Below, piece after piece: positions 37,314 through 48,361 of a stretch of 64,000 nucleotides of DNA (its first letter is position 1; every line of letters starts with the position of its first letter). The translations under genes were made by a program, and so were the position numbers. The notes beneath the pieces are model-generated. The model made no database searches. It saw only the letters and a program-made list of their open reading frames with translations, and was not told the DNA's origin. The stretch is from Amoebophrya sp. A120 (Eukaryota; Protista; Dinoflagellata), in the NCBI GenBank assembly GCA_905178155.1, contig CAJINV010000015.1:1878571-1942570 (forward strand), in the 5' to 3' direction.

Positions 37314-39561
37314 ATGGCGAATCTGACCGGTGTGGTGCAATATCGAATGCAAATATGTATGGGTCTGGAAGATTCCGAGATTTGTCATGCTGGTCCGGCA
37401 TGACCCTTAACTCTGTACTGCGTTGCCACAAACAGGCTCTTCTGCATGTCATGCAAAAACGCAGTTTCTCATGCGGAATACGCAGCACAGAAGCACGAAA
37501 GAACTTGTCATGCTTGGCGACGCATTACAGTGCATTCGTTATTGACTGACTTGCATTACAAGTTTATTCCAGACCCAGACATTTTTGCATTTGATATGCA
37601 AACGCAAACCCAGCCGGAGCTGCCGCAAACGGCGACCCGGCCCATGGGGACCCGAAGGCATCTATCCTGAGTAAAAACGTCCCGACTCCATACGTCAAGT
37701 TGGGAACTCCGCAACACAATTCCAAAGACTTTAGGAGTCACGCATTACAAACTGAAACTTGTTATTGTTTTCTCTGTTTTGTAATGCGGGTTTGGGTTAG
37801 CAAGGACAAGGAGAAGGACAGCCGCATCACAAATCCATCTTGGCATCCTGTTTGCAGCATCACAAATTCCAGATGAACACAGCGGCTCAAAATGAAAATG
37901 CCTCTCACTCGTCATCATGATGCGGATGCGCATTACAAGTCTTCCTGTGATTGCAAATCTGCATGACAGCTTTCGGGTAGGGACGTTTTTACGCAGGATA
38001 GCACCCCCAAAACGGACGGACGGTGGTGCAGTACAAGGGGGACATGCTCCCCATGAACTACGCACTGCCCGAAACGGTGTTCAGATCGGGTCTCTTTGAC
38101 TTGAAGAAAGAAGTTATCGCAAGAAAAAACTGTTTCACTGTGAACTTGTGATGCAGAAAAAGCATCACGGAAGTGTTTGTCTTGCTACACATGCAAGACA
38201 GTGGACTTTTAGCTGCGTTTTCCCTTAGGAATCTCGCATGGCAAATTGTCTCTGTCATGCGGAGCAAACTTGATGTGATGCAAAAGTTGCAAAATCCTTT
38301 ACAGTGAAACACTTTTTTCCTGTGATAGAAGTCCGCTCGGTAAAGCGAGGGATCGACAGGAGACACGGGAAAAATTTAGACCAGGCAAAAGATTACGCAA
38401 GCAGGAAACGGTATTTTTTTTGAATTTTGTTGAATAATGATGTGGGTGATGGTCGATGATGCTGGTGATGACTGAAGATTTTCGTCGTGCCACATCGGGA
38501 TATTGTGCAAGCGTGCAGTGTGGCGCAACATCACATCATCTTGTTGCTCGCATAGATTTACTTGAGAACATGATCAGGACGATCAGCTTTACTAAAATAC
38601 CACAGCGTGACCCGGTCACTCGCAGACCCGGTCACTCCAGATAATGTGGTTGATGATGGTCTGTGATGCTGGTTATGATTGAAGATTTTCATCGTGCCAC
38701 AGCGAGATATTTTTGTGCAAGTATGCACCAGTGTGGCGCAACATCACATCTTGTTGCTCGCATAAAAAATTTGCATGAACATCAGGAGCTGCTTTACTAG
38801 CTTTACAAAAAATTAAATCCTACAGCGTGACCCGGTCACTCGCAGACCCGGAGTGCTACGACCCGCAGCCAACGGCAGAATATCCTGTGCAAAAGTATCG
38901 CACTCGTATTGCAATCATGCATTACAAATCTTTTTCTTGGGGCAAATCCGCATTACAAATTTCTTCTCTCATGCTGAGGAAATTCATTCATACGAGTACG
39001 ATACTTTTGCAGTTCATACAGAATCGGTGGCAGCAATCGAGTCAAGGCTAGATGAGCTGAAGCGCACAAGCGGCGACGCGCTGAATCAGAAGGGTTCATA
39101 TGCAATACAAATTTCCCGTACATGTTGTACAAGATGCATCACAAATTTCACAACTTGGGAGCGTAACACTTGTCATGCTAAACTAGGATCGAAGCCAAGC
39201 CTTGTCATGCAGAGACCGCATTTCCATTTGTCCGTGTACGCGAAATTTACTGTGGATAGTTCACGGGTCAAGATCATGAATTTACCGGATGACGTCGTGA
39301 ACGTACAGACTGATGTGATTTTTTCTTACGTCGAAAAACTACGACAAACTACAACTAGTAAAAAGTAGAGTTTGTGATGCAAAGTTTCCGATGAAAGACG
39401 GAGTTTGTAGTCGTGCAATGCCAGCACTAGCACTAGCACTACAATGCAAATACGTCAAAACAACACAGCGTGGCGCGGGTGCGAATGACTTTCGGTTGGA
39501 TGTGATACAGAAGGACATTGACCACAAAGAGGAATACTTGCGATCGGGCAGTATGTTTTAA
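37314..39561 (+). CDS. Small hypothetical protein split into 8 short exons
   Basis: MANLTGVVQ|TQTQPELP…RH|PQNGRTVVQYKGDMLP…KEV|RSVKRG…RKR|VTRSLADPE…AE|SVAAIES…GS|RVKIMN…SYV|KTTQRG…GSMF*. Five introners, one GT-AG intron (38411-38825), and one inferred TACGTC-bounded intron (39333-39456). Confidence 0.7.
37341..37596. mobile_element. Introner family D
   Basis: Family D TIR; DR TGCAA/TGCAA. Confidence 0.95.
37663..38000. mobile_element. Introner family H
   Basis: TATCCTGAGTAAAAACGTCCC…GGGACGTTTTTACGCAGGATA; DR GCATC/GCACC. Confidence 0.9.
38115..38327. mobile_element. Introner family I
   Basis: TATCGCAAGAAAAAACTGTTTCACTGT…ACAGTGAAACACTTTTTTCCTGTGATA; DR GAAGT/GAAGT. Confidence 0.9.
38881..39018. 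mobile_element. Introner family B
   Basis: Family B TIR; DR CAGAA/CAGAA. Confidence 0.95.
39099..39258. mobile_element. Introner family C (reverse orientation)
   Basis: TATGCAATACAAATTTCCC…AAATTTACTGTGGATA; DR GTTCA/GTTCA. Confidence 0.95.
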
Positions 39562-39880
39562 AGATAGTGATGCTCCTGGTGTTTGAATTTATCATGTACT
39601 TACACCAGAGCTTCCTGCTTTTTGGAGACAACTTCACTATGCATATTCGACGGCCTCCGGCTCCTGGTCAAGTTATTTCAAAGCTGCAAACAAGTCAACC
39701 GAATAAAATTAAAAACATAAACCACGAACGTCTCTACAGGATACAAAACCCGGCACCTGACGAAAAAGCAAAGTGATATGCTGGAGGATCAGTTGTTTCT
39801 ACTAGCGAGAAGTCAAGTATTCTGAAAAGCAAAAAAACAAGAAGCAACTACGTCGCATGCTGCAGCGATTATGACGCACC

Positions 39881-41005
39881 ATGATGCCCAACACATACAC
39901 AGAGATGGAAAAGAACATCATGATAACCTTGCTACGCGCAGCTGCAACCAGCATGCAAGGCCGTGCGCTCCTGCTCCGAATGGTGCTTGCTTTTATTTAC
40001 CATGGTCTTTTCCTGCGCTTGCTTCTTGCTTCTGAACGGGCACGTCATGAGTTTCATTTACTTGGATCAAGATCGCTTTTCAAGAGACTGAGCTCGAAAG
40101 TAGATTCATGATCTTCCCTGTCGATACTTTTCCCGATCGGCATCACCATCGACGAGAACCAGAACGACATATGCACTGCAAAAGTATCATACTCGTCTAA
40201 ATGCATTACAAATTTTCTCAGCATGAGAAAGAAAATTTGTGATGCGGATTTACCTTGAGAAAAAGGTTTGTAATGCATGATTGCAATTACCACGGGACGA
40301 GTACGATACTTTTGCACTGGATACGACAAGATTCTGTACGACGAATATCCACAGTGGTACCGCATGAGCGACTACGCATTGTAAATAATAGAATGTCTGG
40401 GTCTGGAAAACTGGAACTTGTATTATGCCTGTCTTGCGTTCCTCAAAATCAAAAATCTGCTTTGTGTGATTTCGCATGGCACAGGGAGCTGCTCCACCCT
40501 CTGTATGTGAGATAAAGATAAACGCAATCAAAAATGCCTTGCCTCCATGCAGTTTGGCTTTGATCATGACGCAGCATCACAGGTTTCCAGATGTCGGCCA
40601 GAGCATACTATTTGCAATGCATAGCGAGTACGGGGAGAACTTTTTCGCCCGCGGAGTGAAAACCACAAGGGAGATGGGGATGGGAAAACAACCCTACGCC
40701 ATACACGAGAAGGTGGTATGAGAGGAGAAATGGACGAGGTTGTATCTGTGTTGCATGAATGCCAAAAGTTTTCTACTTTTGACCAACAAGCTGAGAGGAA
40801 GTTTCTCATGCTCTCAGTTTAGGCAACATGATAGGGATCTCACAGAATCTGTCATGCTAGGCCCTGCATTCCAGACGACATGGAAATGAATCATGGACTG
40901 TAAATTTGACTTCCTCTCGTCTCTCTCCTCGCATAGCAACCTGACTACGATTTTCGGATGTCGATGATCAAGCATCAAATCGCGATGGGAGAGCGGAAGG
41001 GGTGA
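39881..41005 (+). CDS. Small hypothetical protein (first exon tentative)
   Basis: ILFPIGITIDENQND|KILYDEYPQWYRMS|EYGENFFARG…HEKV|QPDYDFRM…RKG* after removing elements at 40170, 40373, 40717. Confidence 0.55.
40170..40323. mobile_element. Introner family B
   Basis: Family B TIR; DR CGACA/CGACA. Confidence 0.95.
40373..40623. mobile_element. Introner family D, degenerate
   Basis: TACGCATTG…TGTCTGGGTCTGG…TGCAATGCATA; DR GCGAC/GCGAG. Confidence 0.8.
40717..40935. mobile_element. Introner family L (family D core, different TIR)
   Basis: TATGAGAGGAGA…TCTCCTCGCATA; DR eroded; flanking G on both sides gives GT…AG. Confidence 0.75.
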
Positions 41006-41439
41006 GAAAATAAAGGAGTCGACACAAGGAAAAAAGTCGAAGACGAAGAGGAGGTGGTTTGTTTCATCTTCATCTATCAGATTCAGTGCCACAAAATAAA
41101 AATGCATCCACAACGTACTTACTTTACTTCTACCTGGAGCTCCTGCTGCTCCTGTTGCGCTAGCTACTTTGTTTTACAGAAAATTACTTTACAGCTCGCA
41201 GTTGTCAACTACTACGCAACACCTTTACCTATCATCAAATAATGCCTCTGGTTCAGGGGAATAAAGCCGAATGTAATGCAGCAGCTGCCGCTGTAGTTTC
41301 CACGTTGTACAAAACGGGCGGCATAGCAAGTTTGTATGAAAATGGTTGACCAACAACATTCCCCGATACCAATCAAAGTCTGAAAACAATTGGAATCATT
41401 GCCACGCCCACGGCCTCAACAAATACCGAAAGAAAGAAC

Positions 41440-42673
41440 GAATTTGAATTTATATGAAATACTTTGATTGGACATCCTCATTATCCATCGTGTTATTATC
41501 AATCCTCTGGATTTCAGATTTCAAAATCAATACCAATTGAAGATTCTTCCACATTATTCTCATTTATCGATCTGGATGGATTCTGTGTCAATACATCTGA
41601 ATTAGAAAATTCTGTTGATGTGAAAATTCCGAATATCATAAAAGAAATATCCAGAATCTCATCATGAAAAATGATGTTTGTTGAATTGTTTATGTTAATA
41701 TGTCGAATTCGTGTAACTAAAGATTTTTCCTTCTTCCATGTGGTTGTATGGCTTTTCGAAAAATTCGAGGAAATCTGACAGAGGTAATATTCTCGATATA
41801 TTCTCGAGAAAAAATGAAAAATATGAAGAAAAAAAAAATGAAGATCGAATCATTAAAAGATTTTCCGAGAATCGAAAGAGATGAGAGATCAATCAATTTA
41901 TCAATCCAATGGATATCGAATATGAATATCAAAGGATGAATTTTCTTCGAATATATCGATCGGATGAATCTGATTTCAAATATATTATCATCATTCTTAT
42001 TTATTTCCATGCATGATTTTAATGATCGAGGTCCAAAAATATTTCTTTTTTTTTAATTTTTCAAGAGCCTAAAAATTCCGTTGGAAAGAATCACCATCCT
42101 TATTTTTCCTGAAATATCCATCAATCTTTTTACTTGAAAAAAACATCCATCAATTGACTCCATATCATAGATCTTTTTTCTGAATTCCATCATCTATTGG
42201 AATTCAGGATTGAGAATTCGAATATTTTTTGGGATATCGATATTTCGAAAAAACCTAAAATAAAAAATAATTTTTCAAAAATTCTTCATAAATTTTCATA
42301 GAAATAGATTCCGATTAGGAGTCGAAATTATTTTTTGGGAATTTTTAGAAAATTATTGTAGGTTGACTCTCAAAGAATTTTCGAACATCATATGTAATGA
42401 CATGTTTCGGAACTCCAACATCCATGAAAGAAATATTTATGAGATGATATCAATCCAGATTCTATTCTGCACGATTTGATTCTATCTCCTAACATCGACA
42501 ATTGATGGGGATACATTTGAAAACTTGAATGGAAATCATTTTCCAACTGAATTCGAAATCCTTCTGATCGATGTATTTTGGTTGAGTAGTCAATTGTCAT
42601 CGGAAAGAATTAGAATGGAATTCGTCGATGATGGAAATGAGGTCGGAATCGAAAATTTTTCCATCATCGTCCC
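41440..42673. other. AT-rich non-coding island at the convergent strand switch
   Basis: Two hand-counted 60-nt lines give 30% and 13% GC, far below the flanks; no credible ORF. Confidence 0.8.
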
Positions 42674-43352
42674 TTTTACTCTCATTTCACTCGCTAAAAG
42701 TCGCAATCGCTTATGGTGACCCTTGTCCGTGCGGGGAACTCTCGAAATGCGAGAGCCGGGTGAAAATATTGCCGTCGTGGGAAAAAATGTGAAAGTGTGA
42801 GAAAATGCTCACCCGTCAACAACGTCTGTGCCCTTTTAAGCTAGCTCCTACGCTCGTTTCACTCGAGTAAAATTGCATTTGCGGGCTCTTCATTTGGTAT
42901 TTTACTCTCATTTCACTCGCTAAAAGTCGCAATCGCTTATGGTGACCCTTGTCCGTGCGGGGAACTCTCGAAATGCGAGAGCCGGGTGAAAATATTGCCG
43001 TCGCTCTCGCAACAACACTTCCGGGCCCGAACACGTTGTCAATCAAATGTGATTGACCTGGTGGTGAACTCAGTCCAACCGGTCGCTGACGGCCTCGATA
43101 AAGAGCGACTGAGCTCCGAGGAAGAATACGCCAACAGGTCATAGACCGGAAGAAAGTCTAAATGAAATGTGACAAATCGTCTATGCTCAGAGGGAGGTGG
43201 CGCTACTCACCTTCATTGGAAAATAGACGGAAAAAAATGTGAAAGCGTGAGAAAATGCTCACCCGTCAACAACGTCTGTGCCCTTTTAAGCTAGCTCCTA
43301 CGCTCGTTTCACTCGAGTAAAATTGCATTTACGGGTTCTTCATTTGGTATTT
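42674..43352. repeat. Split direct repeat A-B-A-C-B
   Basis: A (104 bp) at 42674-42777 and 42900-43003; B (~120 bp) at 42782-42902 and 43232-43352; near-identical copies. Confidence 0.9.
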
Positions 43353-43809
43353 AGGTGCATCTTTCTGTGTCACATTGCCTTTTCTTCTCTGATCTAAATT
43401 TCTTTGTCGAAACCGAGTCCCGTTTCAGATCCATGTCCATCGCATGAAATAGTTAGTCTTTGCCCAATTAGGGAAAAGTTGTTTTACGTTAAAGGCAAAA
43501 AATCAGCGACGACACGAGTGCGACTTCTAGGTCTAAGGACGAGAGACGAACTCGAATCATAAAAAAAAAATTGTACTGTATTATCACCTAGAGACGAAGT
43601 GGTGGTTTAGATATTCTATCACAAGCGCAGCGGAATCATGAGGAACGGAAAGCAAAACTGTGATTGTCGGCCTGAATATGGATTCCGGGTTGGAAGGTAA
43701 AAGATGAAGTAGATTTTTCAATATCGAAGCGTGGCGCTGCGCTATACTTCCTTTAGTTTGTGTCCTGTTGTTCGTCTCACCACAATAAAAGAAATTCTTT
43801 CATCAGAAA

Positions 43810-46800
43810 TCAAAAAAAATAGTCATCGTATTCCGGTGGCTCATAGTCGTAGCCTCCTCCGAACCCTCCAAAGCCTCCTCCTCCGCCGTAATAATTGTAA
43901 AAGTTCTTCTTCGCCGCCTTTGCTTTCGGTTGCGGTGGGCCCGCGAGCGCATTATCCCACGGCGTCAGCGTCAAGTCCGTCCATTGTTGTTTCACCTTCA
44001 TCCCCTCCGGCCCCTCGCAGTGCCGCCACCCCGTCATGCCGACCTTGAAGCCGCGGCAGGTCAGTTTTCCGGCTCTCCAGTCCAAATCTACCTGTTCGGT
44101 TCTTCGGCATTTCGGGCAGCTTTTGAACGTTCCGCCGAGGGTTTTGTACATCGCGAGCGATTCGACGAGCAGCTCTTTTTTCACGTTGGAAAGCCCCTTG
44201 ACGTTGTTCTGGCGCACCATCTGGCTCAACTCCGAGATTTTTTTCTTCTTTAAATCCAGTTGGTGTTGCTGGAAAGTTTTGTATTGGGCGGAGGTGAAGA
44301 TGCCGCGATCTTCGGCGGTGAGGGTGCTGTGATGTTCATATGTGGATGTGATCTTGATGATCAATAACAATAACTGTATCGCGTTCTTCATTCAATTTGA
44401 TTTTTGTGTATTGCGCTGCATGAGCACGCGATCCTGCTCGTCTGAAAAATCCAAACTACCGAGACGAGCAGGGCAGTACACAGCCAACAATAAAATTTTC
44501 ACGAAACTGATTTAAGCCTAAAATACCTCCCCGCGGCGGCGCTCCCTGATGAAGAAGGCCCAGCTGCTCCACCAGAGGTCGTCGAGTTGTTGTTTTTCGC
44601 ACTTCCTATCCGTATTTCTGGGTTCAAAATCTCTCCCCACGCCTTCTTGAATTCCCCTGCGAGTGCCGTGTCGAGCCTATTCGGGTCCGCGAAAACGTGT
44701 TCTTTTTTCGCCTCATATTCCGCGATGAGTTTTTCCGCAGTCGGAAGGAATTTCCGCTTATCCTCCCACCAGTTCGCTTTGCGGAAATTCGCGAGGCACC
44801 GGGCGCATCCTGTGCAAAAGCATCGCACTCGTAGTAATCGCAATCATGCATTACAAGTCTTTTTCTTAAGGTAAATCCGCATTACAGATTCCATTTCTAA
44901 TGCTGAGCGAATTTGTATTGCAGTTACTACTAGTACTAGTACGATACTTTTGCAGTTCATAGGGCGTGGAGATGGATGCTGGATCGGAACTTGGCTTGCA
45001 ACAGCGTCTTGTGAATTGCAAAAGTGTAGTCTGGGTCTGGAAGATTGCAACTTGTCATGGTAAATCTGAAGCATGCAAAAATCTGTGTTGCATGAGTGCC
45101 AGAAGCTGCCCACTTTTGACCAAATTGGAGCAGAGTTTCTCATGCAGAATAGGCATGGCAGAGGCAGACGCAGAGACCTCGCAGAGTCTGTCATGCTAAG
45201 TCCCGCATTCCAGACCTCATGGGTCATGGAAACTCTGCATCATGACAAGTCTACACTCTTCCAGACCCAGACATTTTTGCACTTGATACGTCTTGTCGCG
45301 GCCGGCGTCGACGTAGTAGTAGTCATCGGCATCGAAAGCGCCGTAGAGGTCGAGCTCTTTTTCTTCACGGTCAAGGCCTATCGTGAAGAAACATTCCCCC
45401 TCGTCCCCATGTTGAAAGTGTATCCATATCCTTCTGGAGGTGGCCACAGAGCGCGTCTGTCTTGCAAGAAGGCAAAGCCAGAGAACCCGGCGTCGCATTA
45501 TATATACGTGCGATTTGTAAAAACGCTGCAAGGCCTACAGGGCAGCACCAGTCGCCTGCCCTGCTACGTGCCTACACGACCAAAAGACCCCTGCGGCGCC
45601 TATCCAGGCTTATGCTTATCTACCTGCAGTTCTACTTCCCTACTGCATCATCTTCAACTACGCAGATCCGATTTATTGTGCACGCAAATCTCGCATCACA
45701 GATTTCCAATTTATTTTGCATATGGGGAGGGGGAATTTTCAAACTCATATGGCTGTCCGTTTCTTCTTCGGACGCATCGTCTATCCTGAGGAAAAACGTC
45801 CCCACACCAGAGCCAAGATGGAGAATCTGCTAGACAAATCGGCCAGCTTTGGCTGTTTCGCATGACAAGTTTGTCCTCGTAGTGTGATCCTGAGTAGCTA
45901 GCTCAGCAGCATCACAGATCTAGCATATCATGCTATTTCTACCATCACAAATCCCAAAACACGACTAGAAAAAGCTTCTCATGGGGCTTTGCATGAGAAA
46001 CTTTTTTGGCATGCAAATTTGCATGACAACTCTGGGGTGGGGACGTTTTTACTCAGGATATCATCACACATGTAATTATCCTCGCCATGATACCCGTAAT
46101 AGTCGTCATTTGGTTCCTATGAGGTGCAAAAGCATCGTACTAGTATAAACCAGCCATGCTCCGGCTACCGCCGGAGCGCAAGGCTGTTTGGCCGGGTTTG
46201 AACTGCTTGCGGACCGGACCACAGCGACATACATACTCATGCCCCCACAGCACCGTCTGCGCGCTTCTCGCGCCTAAGGGCGCTCTGCGCAGGGAGGAGC
46301 TACCGCGAGCACTGGGGCAGAACAGGACGCACCTAGGTGCCACACCAATCCGGTACGCATGCCTTTCGTTAATCAAGACGAACCACGAACCCCGCCCCAT
46401 TCCCCGGCTTCACTTTTTCAATGGCTTCAGTGTGGGAGGGCGGCGCGAGAGGGTAGCGCGAGAGGGTGGCGCGAGAGGGTGCGCGAGAGGGTAGCGCGAG
46501 AGGGTGGCGCGAGAGGGTGGCGCGAGAGGGTGACGCGAGAGGGTGGCGCGAGAGGGTGGCGCGAGAGGGTGCGCGAGAGGGTGGCGGGGACAAACGCCGT
46601 CCGCGAAGAGCCTGCAATGCTAAATATGAGCACTACCATGCGGATTCGCGCCTGCCACTTTGTGTTTTTACCCTCTCGCAGACCTCTCGCAGACCCTCTT
46701 TTTTACCTCTTTTGGGGGTCCCCGCTAATAGTCCGGCTATACTCGCGGGTAGAGGTCGACAGAGGTGGCCCAGAGGTGGCCGAGAGGGTGCGCGAGAGGT

Positions 46801-48361
46801 TGGCCCTTATTCGCGCCACCTCTCTCGACCTCTGTCGACCTCTCGCGCCCCCTCTTTTTGACCTCTCTGAACCCTCTGAGGCACTTAGGCGCCGCCTTAA
46901 GGTGGGGCCTTCAGCGGGCTATACTCGCGCACCCTCTCGCCGACCCTCTCGAAAGGGGTCCCGCGCCACCTCTCCACCTCCGTCGACCTCTTTTTTACCT
47001 CTTTTGACCTCTTTTTGACCTCTCGGCCACCTCTTGTTTACCCTCTGTCTACCTCTTTTTTCGCATGAATATAATATATAAGTAATCGCAATACAAATTT
47101 CCTCAGCATGAGAAATAAAATTTGTAATGCAGATTTGCCTTAAGACAAAGATTTGTAATGCAAGACTTGCATTCATACGAATACGATACTTTTGCACAGG
47201 ATAGTTCTGGAATACCCAGAGCCTCGCAGCACGGGCAGCCTTGGTAGTGGAAATCGCGCTTGTACCTGTTGTGTTGTAGTGCGAGTTCTGCAATACAAAT
47301 TTCATACCGTCCACATACAGAATGCAGCTGAAATTCTACCAAGAACATTGTCATGCAGAAGCCGCATCTACTTCGAAATTGTAATTGACAACAGTCTACC
47401 CCTACCGTCGTTCATATTCCGCGGGATTGTTCTGCTTCAGCTCTTTTTTCTTCGCCAATCTCTCAAGCGCTTCTTTTCGATTTTTTTCGATTTTTCCCTG
47501 CTTCTTCGCTTCGTCGATTTGTTTTGCCTCGAAGTATATCAAATGCAAAAGTGTCTGGGTCTGCAAGGATGCAAGGCGTGTCATTCACATTTTGCATCAT
47601 GACTCCTGAAGTCTGTAGAAACGCATGCTCTAGCATCACAGACTTTGCGAGGGCTTCCTGATGTCTAGACCGCATGAGAAACGCCCTCTCGCCGTGGCAA
47701 AAACTGGCCCTCTTATTTTGCTGCTCGTGCAATGCAGATTTTAGAAGTATGCAACTGCGGCATCAAAAGTTGCATCCTTCCACCAGACCCAGACATATTT
47801 GCAATACATAAAGTAGCTTCGTTCGTCAAAATAGATGAGGCAAACGGTTTTCTCCCCGAGCTTCGTGCAACAAGTCGCGCATTTCTGGTTTTTCCATTTC
47901 GGAACGGAGAGCTCCAGGGAAAATCGCTCGTTCTTCGTTGGATTGGTGTTCACGATTTTGGGGCGGGGCAATGCTGCCGGTGCGGCTCCTGCAACAGAAA
48001 AATTTCCAGCTAGGTTATTTTTGTTGTTGGAAGTAGAGGAAGATGAAGACGAGCTACTAGACGAGGCTGATGCAGCAGGACCACCACCTCCTTCTGCGCC
48101 GGCAGCTGATTTGCTCGTCTGCTTACCGCGGCCTCGTTGCTGCGCCATTTCTATTTTCCCGGAAGATGAGCTACAAGATGGAGCGACTTTCGAATTTTTG
48201 GCGGCCTTCTGCGATTTCGCTTTCGCGGCCGGCTTGCTGGGTTTCTTCTTGCCATCGTCAGCAGACTTCTTGGTAGGTAGTTTCTTCATCGCAGCTGGCT
48301 TGTTGCTTGTTGCAGTGCTGCTCCTGGCACCAGCCGTGGCTGCTGCTTTCATTTTAGGCAT
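43810..48361 (-). CDS. PARP1-like DNA-binding protein: zf-PARP-type finger plus PADR1 (Zn3)-like domain, no catalytic domain
   Basis: Nine exons join in frame (6 introners; GT-AG introns 44327-44526 and 47266-47405). FSLELS…KCATC…HLHARC finger; C-terminal LLVESLAMYKTLGGTFKSCPKC…LTCRG…GWRHC resembles PADR1. Confidence 0.75.
44806..44961. mobile_element. Introner family B
   Basis: Family B TIR (left end CAT); DR GGGCG/GGGCG. Confidence 0.9.
45010..45288. mobile_element. Introner family D
   Basis: Family D TIR (left end TGT); DR CGTCT/CGTCT. Confidence 0.9.
45379..45749. mobile_element. Introner, family E-like, degenerate
   Basis: TAT…ATTCCCCCTC / GAGGGGGAAT…CATA; DR AGGCC/TGGCT; frame restored. 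Confidence 0.7.
45782..46060. mobile_element. Introner family H
   Basis: Family H TIR; DR TCGTC/TCATC. Confidence 0.9.
46118..47203. mobile_element. Introner family B carrying a nested ~935-bp insertion
   Basis: Family B left TIR at 46118, body resumes ~47081, right TIR ends 47203; DR GTTCC/GTTCT. Confidence 0.85.
46146..47080. mobile_element. GC-rich repetitive insertion nested in an introner
   Basis: Flanked by AGTA; ~10 tandem GCGCGAGAGGGT(G) units at ~46443-46583 followed by inverted CCCTCTCGC copies. Confidence 0.7.
47537..47810. mobile_element. Introner family D
   Basis: Family D TIR; DR AAGTA/AAGTA. Confidence 0.95.

Noticed and set aside
40346-40355. TATCCACAGT matching the family C terminus
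   Set aside because: Lies in an exon (EYPQW), with no partner TIR or element body.
41464-42719. Short ORFs in the AT-rich island as mitochondrial cox1/cox3/cob fragments
   Set aside because: No recognisable conserved motifs in the frames I read; a translated search is needed to exclude fully.
46359-47018. RERVAREGGARG repeat ORFs; possible CRISPR-like array
   Set aside because: Tandem repeat without unique spacers, inside an intron of a eukaryotic gene; no cas genes.
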